In this document: positions 29,187 through 39,464 of the stretch, one piece after another | How the letters are laid out: each line of letters opens with the position of its first letter | How positions within the stretch are numbered: position 1 is the first letter of the stretch | DNA from: an uncultured Gammaproteobacteria bacterium | GTDB lineage: Bacteria > Patescibacteriota > Microgenomatia > Levybacterales > GWA1-39-11 | Direction of reading: 5' to 3' | NCBI GenBank assembly: GCA_964531275.1 | Contig: CAZHDZ010000003.1 | Coordinates: 33,208-97,207 of the forward strand | DNA: 64,000 nucleotides | Notes under the pieces: generated by a model | The model's database searches: none | The model's input: only the letters and a program-made list of their open reading frames with translations | What the model was told of the DNA's origin: nothing | Translations under genes and position numbers: made by a program

Positions 29187-29883
29187 AAAAGCATACATGG
29201 GTGTAAAGACTCTCGAGGTTCTTGAAGGAGCAGATAACTATAATGCGTGGATCGCTTCAAGAATTCTTCCACACATTCAAAGCCCAGCCTTAGAAATAGG
29301 AGCAGGAACAGGTAATATTTCTGATTTTCTGTCCTCCGTAGAGGATCTTACCCTAACTGACATAGATGAAGAGCTCGTTAAGCACCTAAGAGGTCGTTTT
29401 AAAGGTAAAGGAAATATTACAACAGAAATATTTGATATCACAAGGAAATTTTACAAAATTACCAATAAATTTAAGACTATATACAGTGTGAATGTTCTTG
29501 AGCATATTAAAGACGACAATTTAGCTTTGAAAAATATGCACAGGCTCTTAGAGCATGACGGTAGAGTTATTATTCTGGTACCAGCCAAAAAAAGAGCGTA
29601 TAAAACTTTAGATAAGCACCTGGGACATTATAGGAGATATGAAAAGACTGAACTATCAGCCTTGATGCAACAGGCCGGTTTTGAGTTGGAGTATATAAAT
29701 TACTTTAACGTTGTTGGTCTCTTGAGTTGGATAGTAAGAGATTATATTGGTGGAAGTCAAGCTCATTTAAAAAAAGAGCATGTAAAATTATTTGATGCAA
29801 TTGTACCAATCCTCAGAATTGTGGAGCCAAAATCAAATTTACCTTTCGGAATATCTCTTATTGCAGTGGGAAAAAAGATATAA
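29176..29883 (+). CDS. Class I SAM-dependent methyltransferase
   Basis: ALEIGAGTGNISDFL (motif I); SVNVLEHIKDD; LLEHDGRVIILVP. Confidence 0.7.
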   Translation: MKSKKAYMGVKTLEVLEGADNYNAWIASRILPHIQSPALEIGAGTGNISDFLSSVEDLTLTDIDEELVKHLRGRFKGKGNITTEIFDITRKFYKITNKFKTIYSVNVLEHIKDDNLALKNMHRLLEHDGRVIILVPAKKRAYKTLDKHLGHYRRYEKTELSALMQQAGFELEYINYFNVVGLLSWIVRDYIGGSQAHLKKEHVKLFDAIVPILRIVEPKSNLPFGISLIAVGKKI

Positions 29884-29890
29884 TAAGCAA

Positions 29891-30634
29891 ATGGATAACT
29901 CTCTTACAATAGTTGTGCTTACCCATAACGATGAACTTAAGATTGTCGACTGTCTAGAATCTTTAGTATTTGCTGACGAGCTTGTAATAGTTGATGATAA
30001 TTCCACAGACAGAACAACAGAACTATGCAAGCAATTTACTAAAAACATATTTACCCACTCTCTTAGTTCAAATTTTGCAAATCAAAGAAATTTTGCCTTG
30101 AACCGAGCTAAAAGTAAGTGGGTATTTTTTGTAGACTCTGATGAAATTGTATCTAAGGCACTTAGGGATCAGATTCTTAAAGCCATTAAGTTAAAGGATT
30201 TCGCCGGATATTATATAAAAAGAATAGATCGCATGTGGGGAAAAAATCTGACCCATGGTGAGGTAGGAAAAGTAAGATTATTAAGACTTGGAAGACGTGA
30301 GAGTGGGAAGTGGCATGGCAAGGTGCACGAAACCTGGAGAATAATCGGCAGAACAGGGGAGCTTTCAGAGCCGTTGCTGCATATACCGCACGCAACTGTC
30401 TTTGACTTTGTAGAAGATGTCGACGAATATTCCTCCTTGCGCGCAGAAGAACTCATTGAGAAGGGTGTTAAGTCATCCGCATTTGATGTTATTGCATATC
30501 CTTCAGCAAAATTTATCCAAAATTACGTTTTAAGGAAGGGTTACAAAGATGGGATTCCTGGCTTTATTTACGCAATGCTTATGAGCTTCCATTCCTTTCT
30601 AGTTAGAGGTAAAATCTACTTAAGAAAGAGGTAA
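29891..30634 (+). CDS. GT2 glycosyltransferase. Start taken at MDNSLTIVV; the track start 29792 overlaps the previous gene and is rejected.
   Basis: LTIVVLTHNDE...ELVIVDDNSTDRT...FFVDSDE (GT2 DxD motifs). Confidence 0.7.
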   Translation: MDNSLTIVVLTHNDELKIVDCLESLVFADELVIVDDNSTDRTTELCKQFTKNIFTHSLSSNFANQRNFALNRAKSKWVFFVDSDEIVSKALRDQILKAIKLKDFAGYYIKRIDRMWGKNLTHGEVGKVRLLRLGRRESGKWHGKVHETWRIIGRTGELSEPLLHIPHATVFDFVEDVDEYSSLRAEELIEKGVKSSAFDVIAYPSAKFIQNYVLRKGYKDGIPGFIYAMLMSFHSFLVRGKIYLRKR

Positions 30635-30685
30635 CGTCCTGCCTCACTGTCCCCAACTCTGCATGAGATATAAATTAGTATTTGT

Positions 30686-32281
30686 TTGTTGGATTACGTT
30701 TGTAATTCTTTTATATTTTTATCATTTATTTTGCCGAAGGGGTATATGTTTGCAATAGCACTTCTTATAGGAGGTTACTCCTACGCAATATTATTTCTTG
30801 GACTTTTCCATTGGTTGTCTTTTATTCCCGTCTTATTAACAACTTTTATTTTTGTCGTGCTTGTTTTAAAAAATTTTAGATTACCTAGGATAGATCTTGA
30901 TAGATCAGAAATGATTATCATTTCCATAATAGTGGTTCTTGCAATAGTTAATTTAATAGGAGCGCTTGGGCCTGAGTTGGCGTTTGACGCACTTTGGTAT
31001 CATCTCCCAATTCCTCAGCTTTTTATAAATAATAACTCTGTCTATTTTATTGAAGGTAATCTTTTTTACTATTCCTTGATGCCAAAATTGGTAGAAATGT
31101 TGTATATACCAGCCCTTCTTCTTGCCAATGAAATACCTGCAAAATTGATTCATTATATATTTGGGATTTTATGCTGTGTTGCTACGTATAAGATTTCTAG
31201 ATTATACCTGGGAAGAAAAGAAAGTCTCTTGTGCGTGTTAGCTTTCTATTCCAATTTAGTTATTTCCTGGCTTTCAATTACTGCATACTCAGATCTTGCA
31301 CGAGTTTTCTTCGAAGCAACAGGCTTCTACTATTTGCTACTCTTTCTAAAAAATAGAACCCAAAAAACACTGTTGGCAAGTGGGTTAATTTTTGGATTGG
31401 CTATATGCACAAAAATACTGTCTGCAAGTTCTTTAGTAGTTGTTATCCCGATTTTCTTAAAGAATTTTTGGAAGAATAAGAGATGGGGAATCGAAAGCTA
31501 TATTGTTTTTGTTAGCGTTGCAGTTGCCTTAAGCATGCCTTGGTTAATAATAGCCTATTTCTATACGGGTAACCCATTTTACCCACTATTTACCCATTTA
31601 GGACTAAGAAACTTCTCGTTAGACCTTTTAAGCCCGTATGTATTTTTACAAACCTTTGTAAAAGCATTGTTGTTTGCTGATGATCCCATAAGTCCTCTTT
31701 ATCTCATTACTTTGCCGCTTATTTTTTACAAAAGAGTAATTCTTTACAAAAAATATGCGCCATTACTTATGTATGTAGTTTTTTCTGCTCTTGTTTGGTA
31801 TTTCTTTACACAAAGTGGCGGAGCTCGGTTTTTAAGCCTTCTATTGCCAGTTCTTACGGTACTATGCTACCTCTCGGTTAAAGAATTGGGGTGGGAATTT
31901 GCAAGGAGAGCAATCACTGCAACAATAATCATAATTTCATTTGCCACAATTTTATATAGAGGTGCTGCAAACGCTAAATATACCCCTGTAATATTGGGAC
32001 ATCAGACAAGGCAAGATTTTTTAATGGCTAACTTGAATTTTAATTTTGGGGATTTTTATGATGAAAATAGTGAAATAAGAGACATTGTTGGGAATGATTT
32101 GGTCCTTATTTCAGGAGTTCACAATTTATATTATGTAGATTTTAATTACACACTTTCAGAGTGGGATAATGCGTACAAAGCAAAGTATATATTAATTCAG
32201 GGTAATGTACCCCCTGTTTATAATCAGCTGTTAAGTATTTATAAGAATGATAAGACAAATGTAACATTATACAAATTATGA
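30686..32281 (+). CDS. Polytopic membrane protein, ArnT/PMT_2-like GT-C candidate
   Basis: About 12 TM helices. The first periplasmic loop carries FDALWYH...YFIEGNLFYYSLMPK, reminiscent of GT39/GT83 loop-1 acidic motifs. The C-terminal soluble domain is about 150 aa. Confidence 0.4.
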   Translation: MLDYVCNSFIFLSFILPKGYMFAIALLIGGYSYAILFLGLFHWLSFIPVLLTTFIFVVLVLKNFRLPRIDLDRSEMIIISIIVVLAIVNLIGALGPELAFDALWYHLPIPQLFINNNSVYFIEGNLFYYSLMPKLVEMLYIPALLLANEIPAKLIHYIFGILCCVATYKISRLYLGRKESLLCVLAFYSNLVISWLSITAYSDLARVFFEATGFYYLLLFLKNRTQKTLLASGLIFGLAICTKILSASSLVVVIPIFLKNFWKNKRWGIESYIVFVSVAVALSMPWLIIAYFYTGNPFYPLFTHLGLRNFSLDLLSPYVFLQTFVKALLFADDPISPLYLITLPLIFYKRVILYKKYAPLLMYVVFSALVWYFFTQSGGARFLSLLLPVLTVLCYLSVKELGWEFARRAITATIIIISFATILYRGAANAKYTPVILGHQTRQDFLMANLNFNFGDFYDENSEIRDIVGNDLVLISGVHNLYYVDFNYTLSEWDNAYKAKYILIQGNVPPVYNQLLSIYKNDKTNVTLYKL

Positions 32282-33471
32282 AACAAATAATAGTTTTTCT
32301 TACATATGTATATATATTTCTTTTGCCATTTGGTAATTTATTTAGAATAAAAGTAACCAATGGGGTTCAGATTGTTCCACAAGATATTATCGTAGGCCTA
32401 ATTGCCTTACTCATAAGTTCCTTTCTTCTTGTAACTAAAAAAGAGTTATTTACCCACAGATTTATTAAATATCAGCTCTTATTTTTGGGAGTCGGGACCG
32501 TCAGTCTGTTTTTGAACTTTATATTACATAGAGATGTCTCCCTAATTGTTTCTTTGCTTTACTCCGTACGCTATTTTTCGTACTTAATGCTTTTTTTTGT
32601 AGGAGTATATTTTCTCAAAGCAGATCTTTTATCAAAGTTATTGTATGGGGCATTGATAGTTTTTCTTATATTAGGCTTTGTGCAATATTTTTTCTTTTAC
32701 GATTTAAGGCCACTTTTCTATCTTGGTTGGGATAATCATCTCTATAGATTAACTTCGACCCTATATGATCCAAATTTCACTGGAATTTTTCTAAGTATAT
32801 TATTTTGGTTAAGCATTTTTTTCTCCACAACATTGTCTTACAGAAAAGCATTGCCTCATATTTTTATTGGGTTTGCTTCAGTTGTTGGAATATATCTTAC
32901 TTTCTCAAGAACCTCGCTTGTGGGATTGGTTGTAGGAATATTAGTATATGGTCTTTTAAAAAAACAATATAAAACGCTTACGGTAACTATAGCTGTACTT
33001 TCCGTATTAGTTCTATTCCTTTCAGACACACACATAGAAGGCCTCAATCCATTTAGGGTAGCATCTACTAACCAGCGCTTAACAAGCATTTCTCAAACAA
33101 TCACTATTATTGAAAAAAACCCAATACTTGGAGTAGGCTTTAATGCATATAGGTATGCTCAGTTGAGGTATGGGTTGAGGGAGCCTGTTGGTGCATCGGT
33201 TAGTAACTCTGATGCGGGTGCCGATAATAGTCTGCTTTTTGCAGTAGCTACCACTGGTTTTATTGGAATTGTAATATATCTGTTGTCATTTATTTCGCTT
33301 TTTAAGGATTATTTTTCGAACAAGAGTACTTTTTCATATATTCTCATTGCTATCCTTTCAGGTTTAATTATGGGAAGTTTTTTTACGAATATACTGTTCT
33401 TTACTCCCATAATTGGAGTGCTTTTTATGCTTATTCCCTTGAAGTTAGGTAAAATTAAGGTTGATAAGTAA
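32278..33471 (+). CDS. O-antigen ligase/polymerase-like (Wzy_C domain) membrane protein
   Basis: GIYLTFSRTSLVGLVVGIL and GVGFNAYRY...GADNSLLFAVATTGFIGIVIYL match the Wzy_C pattern (SR(T/G)..; G.G.G..; HNsyL...e.G..G). Confidence 0.6.
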   Translation: MKQIIVFLTYVYIFLLPFGNLFRIKVTNGVQIVPQDIIVGLIALLISSFLLVTKKELFTHRFIKYQLLFLGVGTVSLFLNFILHRDVSLIVSLLYSVRYFSYLMLFFVGVYFLKADLLSKLLYGALIVFLILGFVQYFFFYDLRPLFYLGWDNHLYRLTSTLYDPNFTGIFLSILFWLSIFFSTTLSYRKALPHIFIGFASVVGIYLTFSRTSLVGLVVGILVYGLLKKQYKTLTVTIAVLSVLVLFLSDTHIEGLNPFRVASTNQRLTSISQTITIIEKNPILGVGFNAYRYAQLRYGLREPVGASVSNSDAGADNSLLFAVATTGFIGIVIYLLSFISLFKDYFSNKSTFSYILIAILSGLIMGSFFTNILFFTPIIGVLFMLIPLKLGKIKVDK

Positions 33472-34180
33472 CTTTGATGTTTTTTTGAGTAGAAATGCCT
33501 GCAGGATTTCTTGCCTCAATAACTATTTGATTTTCACCATCATTAAGTTGGAGTTGATACTCAAATTCTCCGGTTGAATCTACTATCGCACGAAAGGAAT
33601 TTACCGTAACCGTATTGTCTGCATCAGTATTGCCTTTAATTTGAATGCTTTTATCTGCCTTAGTAAATGTTGCATTGTCGATAGGATTTAAAATTTCCAA
33701 CTTAGGTTTTTCGGTGATATAGCTTACAGTAAAATCGGGCGTGAATGGACTTGTTTTGTCATTTAGGACATACCGAGCCTTCACAGAATTAGAACCCTTT
33801 TTAATGGCCAAATTCTGGACATTAAAGTCAGATTTGTTATTGAGTTCTATTTCGTCTTCCAAGTCGTCGTTTACATATATTTCAATGATTCCCTTAGAGT
33901 CTGGTGCAGTGCCGCTAAATGATATATTGGCGCTTTGTGTTGCTTCAGGAATACCTGAAAGCGATGGGGGCTGAAGAAGCTCTTTGCCGGTAATAGGGGT
34001 GTCGTTAGAATCACCACCTCGGAGTGTATACACCGCATTTCCGAAGAGGTTGATCAAGAGAGGTCCAAACTGAATCAGTATAACAATTAATGCAACTGAA
34101 GCTATCCCAAATACCAATGCTTGGCGTTTGTTCTGCTTTTCGCTGGTCCGTGAGAGTCGTGAGGATCTTTTTGGTCGCAT
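33455..34180 (-). CDS. Hypothetical membrane-anchored extracytoplasmic beta-rich protein (Ig-like fold suspected)
   Basis: Basic N-terminus, one TM helix, then a Ser/Thr/Asn-rich beta-strand-pattern ectodomain. It lies 1 nt downstream of atpC on the same strand. Confidence 0.4.
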   Translation of the reverse strand: MRPKRSSRLSRTSEKQNKRQALVFGIASVALIVILIQFGPLLINLFGNAVYTLRGGDSNDTPITGKELLQPPSLSGIPEATQSANISFSGTAPDSKGIIEIYVNDDLEDEIELNNKSDFNVQNLAIKKGSNSVKARYVLNDKTSPFTPDFTVSYITEKPKLEILNPIDNATFTKADKSIQIKGNTDADNTVTVNSFRAIVDSTGEFEYQLQLNDGENQIVIEARNPAGISTQKNIKVTYQP

Positions 34181-34181
34181 A

Positions 34182-34586
34182 TTATGCGTGATGCTTTATT
34201 TTATCAGCGACTTTAAGTTCGAGCAAGGATTTTTGAAGTTCTTTTTCAGCCATTATGAGATCTGCTGTGCTTTGTTTGTTCTGAATGAAATCTTCTGCTC
34301 TTTTTTTAGCCTCAAGGGCTTTGGCGGTTTGTATATCCTCAGCCTTGATTGCGAAGTCAGAAAGAACAGTTACTTTCTCGCCAACTTCAAGAAATCCACC
34401 AACGAGAGCAATCATCTGTTTTTTGCCATTCTTGCTGATTGTCATAATTCCTTCTGCTAATTTAGAAAAGAGGGGAGTGTGATGGGGAAGTATTGAGATA
34501 TCGCCTTTTTCTGTGGGAAGTGTAACCTCATCAACTGAGTCGTTATAGATTTGCCCTAAAGGCGAGAGAATAACCAGTTGAAACAT
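34182..34586 (-). CDS. atpC: F1 ATP synthase epsilon subunit
   Basis: Position at the end of the atp operon. An N-terminal beta-sandwich pattern (LVILSPLGQIY..VDEVTLPTEKGDISILPHHTP) and a C-terminal helical hairpin. Confidence 0.85.
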   Translation of the reverse strand: MFQLVILSPLGQIYNDSVDEVTLPTEKGDISILPHHTPLFSKLAEGIMTISKNGKKQMIALVGGFLEVGEKVTVLSDFAIKAEDIQTAKALEAKKRAEDFIQNKQSTADLIMAEKELQKSLLELKVADKIKHHA

Positions 34587-34591
34587 AAGAA

Positions 34592-35983
<1,392 letters not shown>

Positions 35984-36835
35984 TTAGATTTGTGCGCTGT
36001 TAGCAAGATCGAGAATCTCATTTGTGATTCTTTCTTGACGAGACTTATTATAAACAAGGTTCAAGTATTCGGCAATATCAAAAGCGTTATTCTTGGCATT
36101 TTGCATCGCAACCATTTGAGCGGCTTGCTCTGACGTAAATGCTTGAATGAGTGAATTATAGAGTTGTATCTCCAAGTAATATGGAAGTAATTCTGTAAGC
36201 ATTTCTTCCTTTCCAGGTTCAAATATAGAAGATTCATTTGGATCTAGAGAAATTTCTGTATTAAAAGTAAGTGGAAGCAGGTGTTTTATGGTTGGTGTCT
36301 GAAGGAAAAATGAAACAAAATCTGCATATAGGACCTCAACTACATTTACACTATTCTCATTCATTTGCTCATCAATTATCGTCTTTAATTGATACACAAG
36401 CGAGTAATCAGGCAAGGAACTGCCCATAGGATATGAAGCAAGCAATTCAAAGCTTAATTTAGAAGCAAACATCCCGGCTTTTTTACCAACAGTTACAACC
36501 TTTACTTTTGAGCTGTCACATTCAATCATTTTCTTATAGAGATTGGTATTTAAAGACCCACAAAGACCTCTATCTGGGCTAATTATGATAAGGAGCTTGT
36601 TCTCATTCTTCTCATTGCTTCCTAAATATTTATGAGAGAAAGTTTTTTTATTTACAGACACCGCAATTTTCGAGGTTGTTTCAGTAATACTATCTGCGTA
36701 AGGTTTGTTGTTAGCGGAAGCAATTTGGGCCTTCTTAATCTTAGAAGCCGCAATCATTTCTAACGCTTTTGCAATTTGGGCAATATTTTTAGAAGTTTTG
36801 ATTCTTCTTTTCAGAAGTTGGAGATTTTGGGCCAT
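35984..36835 (-). CDS. atpG: F1 ATP synthase gamma subunit
   Basis: Operon position between atpA and atpD. The C-terminus ITNEILD is typical of gamma. 283 aa. Confidence 0.85.
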   Translation of the reverse strand: MAQNLQLLKRRIKTSKNIAQIAKALEMIAASKIKKAQIASANNKPYADSITETTSKIAVSVNKKTFSHKYLGSNEKNENKLLIIISPDRGLCGSLNTNLYKKMIECDSSKVKVVTVGKKAGMFASKLSFELLASYPMGSSLPDYSLVYQLKTIIDEQMNENSVNVVEVLYADFVSFFLQTPTIKHLLPLTFNTEISLDPNESSIFEPGKEEMLTELLPYYLEIQLYNSLIQAFTSEQAAQMVAMQNAKNNAFDIAEYLNLVYNKSRQERITNEILDLANSAQI

Positions 36836-36838
36836 GAC

Positions 36839-38353
36839 TTACTTGAATGTTTTTTTAAAGCTTTCGATAACTGATTTTAGCTCTGCAATAGTTTTTTCAT
36901 CCATTTTGTCTCCTTTTTCTAGTTTTTGAATGAGTTTCTTGTTCTTAACTTTAATGAAATCGAATACTTTTTCTTCAAATGTGCGAATTTTATCAAGAGG
37001 GAAATCGTCTAAGAGCCCTGTTGCTGCAGAGTAAATGCTTACAACCTGCTGATATTCTGACATTGGAGTATATTGTGGTTGTTTTAGGATCTCATTAACC
37101 CTTTTGCCCCTTTCAATTTTTTGAAGAGTTGCATCGTCAAGGTCTGATCCAAATTGAGCAAATGCAGCTAGTTCTCTAAATTGTGCACTTTCAAGCCTAA
37201 GAGGACCGGCGATCTGTTTCATGATTTTTGTTTGTGCAGCACCGCCAACCCTCGATACTGACTGTCCGGTGTTAATAGCTGGTCTTACTCCAGAATTGAA
37301 GAGATCATTCTCAAGGTAAATCTGTCCGTCGGTTATGGAGATAACATTGGTTGGAATGTATGCTGAGTTATCAGCAGCCTGAGTTTCAATGATGGGAAGT
37401 GCAGTAAGTGACCCCCCACCAAGGGTATCTGCCATTCTCGATGATCTTTCAAGAATTCTGGAATGGAGATAGAAGATGTCTCCAGGATAGGCTTCGCGTC
37501 CAGCTGGTCTCTTAAGAAGAAGGGATAATTGTCTGTATGCCCAAGCGTGTTTTGAGAAATCGTCGAATACAACGAGGACATCTTCGCCCTTGTCCATGAA
37601 ATATTCACCAATTGCTGTTGCAGCGAATGGGGCAAGGTACTGAAGAGCTGCCGAATCAGAAGCTGACGCAGCAACTACAATTGTGTAGTCCATGGCTCCT
37701 TCTTCAGTGAGTTTTCCGATAATCCTTGCGATATTACTTCTTTTTTGTCCGATTGCGCAATATATACAAATAACTCTTTTAAGTCCTAAATCATTTTTCT
37801 TTTGATTGATGATAGTATCAATGGCGATTGCTGTTTTCCCAGTGTTTCTATCTCCAATAATAAGTTCTCTTTGGCCACGTCCAATTGGGGTCATTGCATC
37901 AATAGCCTTAATTCCGGTTTTAAGAGGGGTATCTACTGGTTGTCTATCTACTACGCCGGGTGCAATTTTTTCAAGTGGGTATAGTGGTCCTTTTGTTGAT
38001 AGTTTTTTCTCATCAAGGGGATTTTGAAGGGGGTCCATGACGCGTCCGATCATTTCTTCATTCCCATTGATTCCAAGAATTCTTCCTGTCGTTTTAATTT
38101 TATCTCCTTCTTTTATGTTCTCGCCTTCTGAGAGAAGGATAATCGAGGTATAGTCTTCATTAAGATTGAACGAAAGACCTCGAGCCCCATTCTCAAATTC
38201 GACTTCTTCTCCAAAGCCGACTTTTGAAAGACCTGTTGCTTGTACAATCCCGTCACCAACGCTATCAACGATTCCAACATTCTCCATTTTAGGATCAAAA
38301 TGGACTGTTGAAAGTCTTTTTTCAATTTGTTTTATTAAATCGTCATTTTTCAT
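36839..38353 (-). CDS. atpA: F1 ATP synthase alpha subunit
   Basis: GDRNTGKTAIAIDTIINQ Walker A motif and 504 aa. Confidence 0.95.
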   Translation of the reverse strand: MKNDDLIKQIEKRLSTVHFDPKMENVGIVDSVGDGIVQATGLSKVGFGEEVEFENGARGLSFNLNEDYTSIILLSEGENIKEGDKIKTTGRILGINGNEEMIGRVMDPLQNPLDEKKLSTKGPLYPLEKIAPGVVDRQPVDTPLKTGIKAIDAMTPIGRGQRELIIGDRNTGKTAIAIDTIINQKKNDLGLKRVICIYCAIGQKRSNIARIIGKLTEEGAMDYTIVVAASASDSAALQYLAPFAATAIGEYFMDKGEDVLVVFDDFSKHAWAYRQLSLLLKRPAGREAYPGDIFYLHSRILERSSRMADTLGGGSLTALPIIETQAADNSAYIPTNVISITDGQIYLENDLFNSGVRPAINTGQSVSRVGGAAQTKIMKQIAGPLRLESAQFRELAAFAQFGSDLDDATLQKIERGKRVNEILKQPQYTPMSEYQQVVSIYSAATGLLDDFPLDKIRTFEEKVFDFIKVKNKKLIQKLEKGDKMDEKTIAELKSVIESFKKTFK

Positions 38354-38363
38354 ATAATTTTCC

Positions 38364-38714
38364 TCAATTTTTCAACTTTTCTATTGTGTCATTTATATAT
38401 TTTTTAAACGTAAAGTCAACTACCATGTCGTCATTTACTATCTTTAGTCCCGCACCAAGACTTTCGTCATGAAGCTCAACTATTTCTTTATCATTATATA
38501 TCCCTTTTAGCATTTTTAGTGCCTCAGTGGACAGTTTGTCAGAAGAGCTTACGTAAATTCTCTTCTTATTCAAAGCATTTTTATAGAAAGCCAAGAATGT
38601 TTTCAGTTCCTGCTTTCCTAAATATTCTAATACAAATTGTTCTATATCTGCTGGGATAGTTTTACTATCAGCAGCTATATGGGCAAGTTTTCTAATTTTT
38701 TGTTTGTTTATCAT
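38364..38714 (-). CDS. atpH: ATP synthase delta (OSCP) subunit, unusually short (116 aa)
   Basis: Operon position. The C-terminal half (VSSSDKLSTEAL...ESLGAGLKIVNDDMVVDFTFKKYIND) fits the OSCP C-domain pattern. The N-terminal domain is reduced. Confidence 0.7.
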   Translation of the reverse strand: MINKQKIRKLAHIAADSKTIPADIEQFVLEYLGKQELKTFLAFYKNALNKKRIYVSSSDKLSTEALKMLKGIYNDKEIVELHDESLGAGLKIVNDDMVVDFTFKKYINDTIEKLKN

Positions 38715-39207
38715 GGTTAATTTTAGACAAACCCTTTTTAAGCAGAGCGTCCCGGTCTTTCTTGTCGAAAAGATCTACAAGAACTGACTCTAGAATTTGT
38801 CTTGAGATTTCTAGGGAAACGTCTCTTGCTTCCTTTTTAAAATTCTCTCGTTCTAGAGCAATTTGTTCCTTAGTAGATTCCATCATTTTATCAAGATCAG
38901 ATTTTGTCTGAGCCATCATGCTGTCGCGAGACTCTTGTGCCTCTTTACGTGCTTCAGCTATGATGTTCTCAGCTTCTTTTCCAGCCTTATTTAGAATCTC
39001 TTCTTTTGATTCTTCAGCCTTTTCTAAGGCCATAGTTGCTGCTTCGGCATCCTTTAGGCCTTTCTTGATTGCTGCTTTTCTTTTTTGGAGCGTATCTAGA
39101 ATCGGTTTGTATAAAAACTTCTTAAAGATAAAAGCGATTACCAAAAAATTAACTATTTGTGCAGCAAATAGCTTTAAATCAAATCCAAATTGCTCAAATA
39201 TTTCCAT
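38692..39207 (-). CDS. atpF: Fo ATP synthase subunit b
   Basis: A single N-terminal TM helix followed by a long charged helical region with EA/KK repeats. Operon position. Confidence 0.85.
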   Translation of the reverse strand: MEIFEQFGFDLKLFAAQIVNFLVIAFIFKKFLYKPILDTLQKRKAAIKKGLKDAEAATMALEKAEESKEEILNKAGKEAENIIAEARKEAQESRDSMMAQTKSDLDKMMESTKEQIALERENFKKEARDVSLEISRQILESVLVDLFDKKDRDALLKKGLSKINHDKQTKN

Positions 39208-39245
39208 ACTTTAATAGAAGTATATTTCTACTGTTGCAGAAATAA

Positions 39246-39464
39246 CTATTTAATAAAGGCCAAAATCAGTGAATAAATAGCGATAGCCTCAGCAAACGCC
39301 ATTCCCAAAAGCATGGCAGGAAGGATTTTAGTAGAAGCTTCGGGATTTCTTCCGATAGCTTCCATAGCTTTGTAACCAATGATTGCAATTGCAAGAGCTG
39401 GAAGTACACCTCCAAGCGCAATTGTTGCACCACCTGTTAATGCAAACTCCATATTAATGACCAC
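39246..39464 (-). CDS. atpE: Fo ATP synthase subunit c
   Basis: Two-helix hairpin with GRNPE loop and the carboxylate in AFAEAIAIY. About 70 aa. Confidence 0.9.
   Translation of the reverse strand: MVINMEFALTGGATIALGGVLPALAIAIIGYKAMEAIGRNPEASTKILPAMLLGMAFAEAIAIYSLILAFIK

Noticed and set aside
29792-29890. Upstream start (MMQLYQ...) for the GT2 gene
   Set aside because: It would overlap the preceding methyltransferase by 92 nt in another frame. The GT2 family N-terminus fits the MDNSLTIVV start at 29891.
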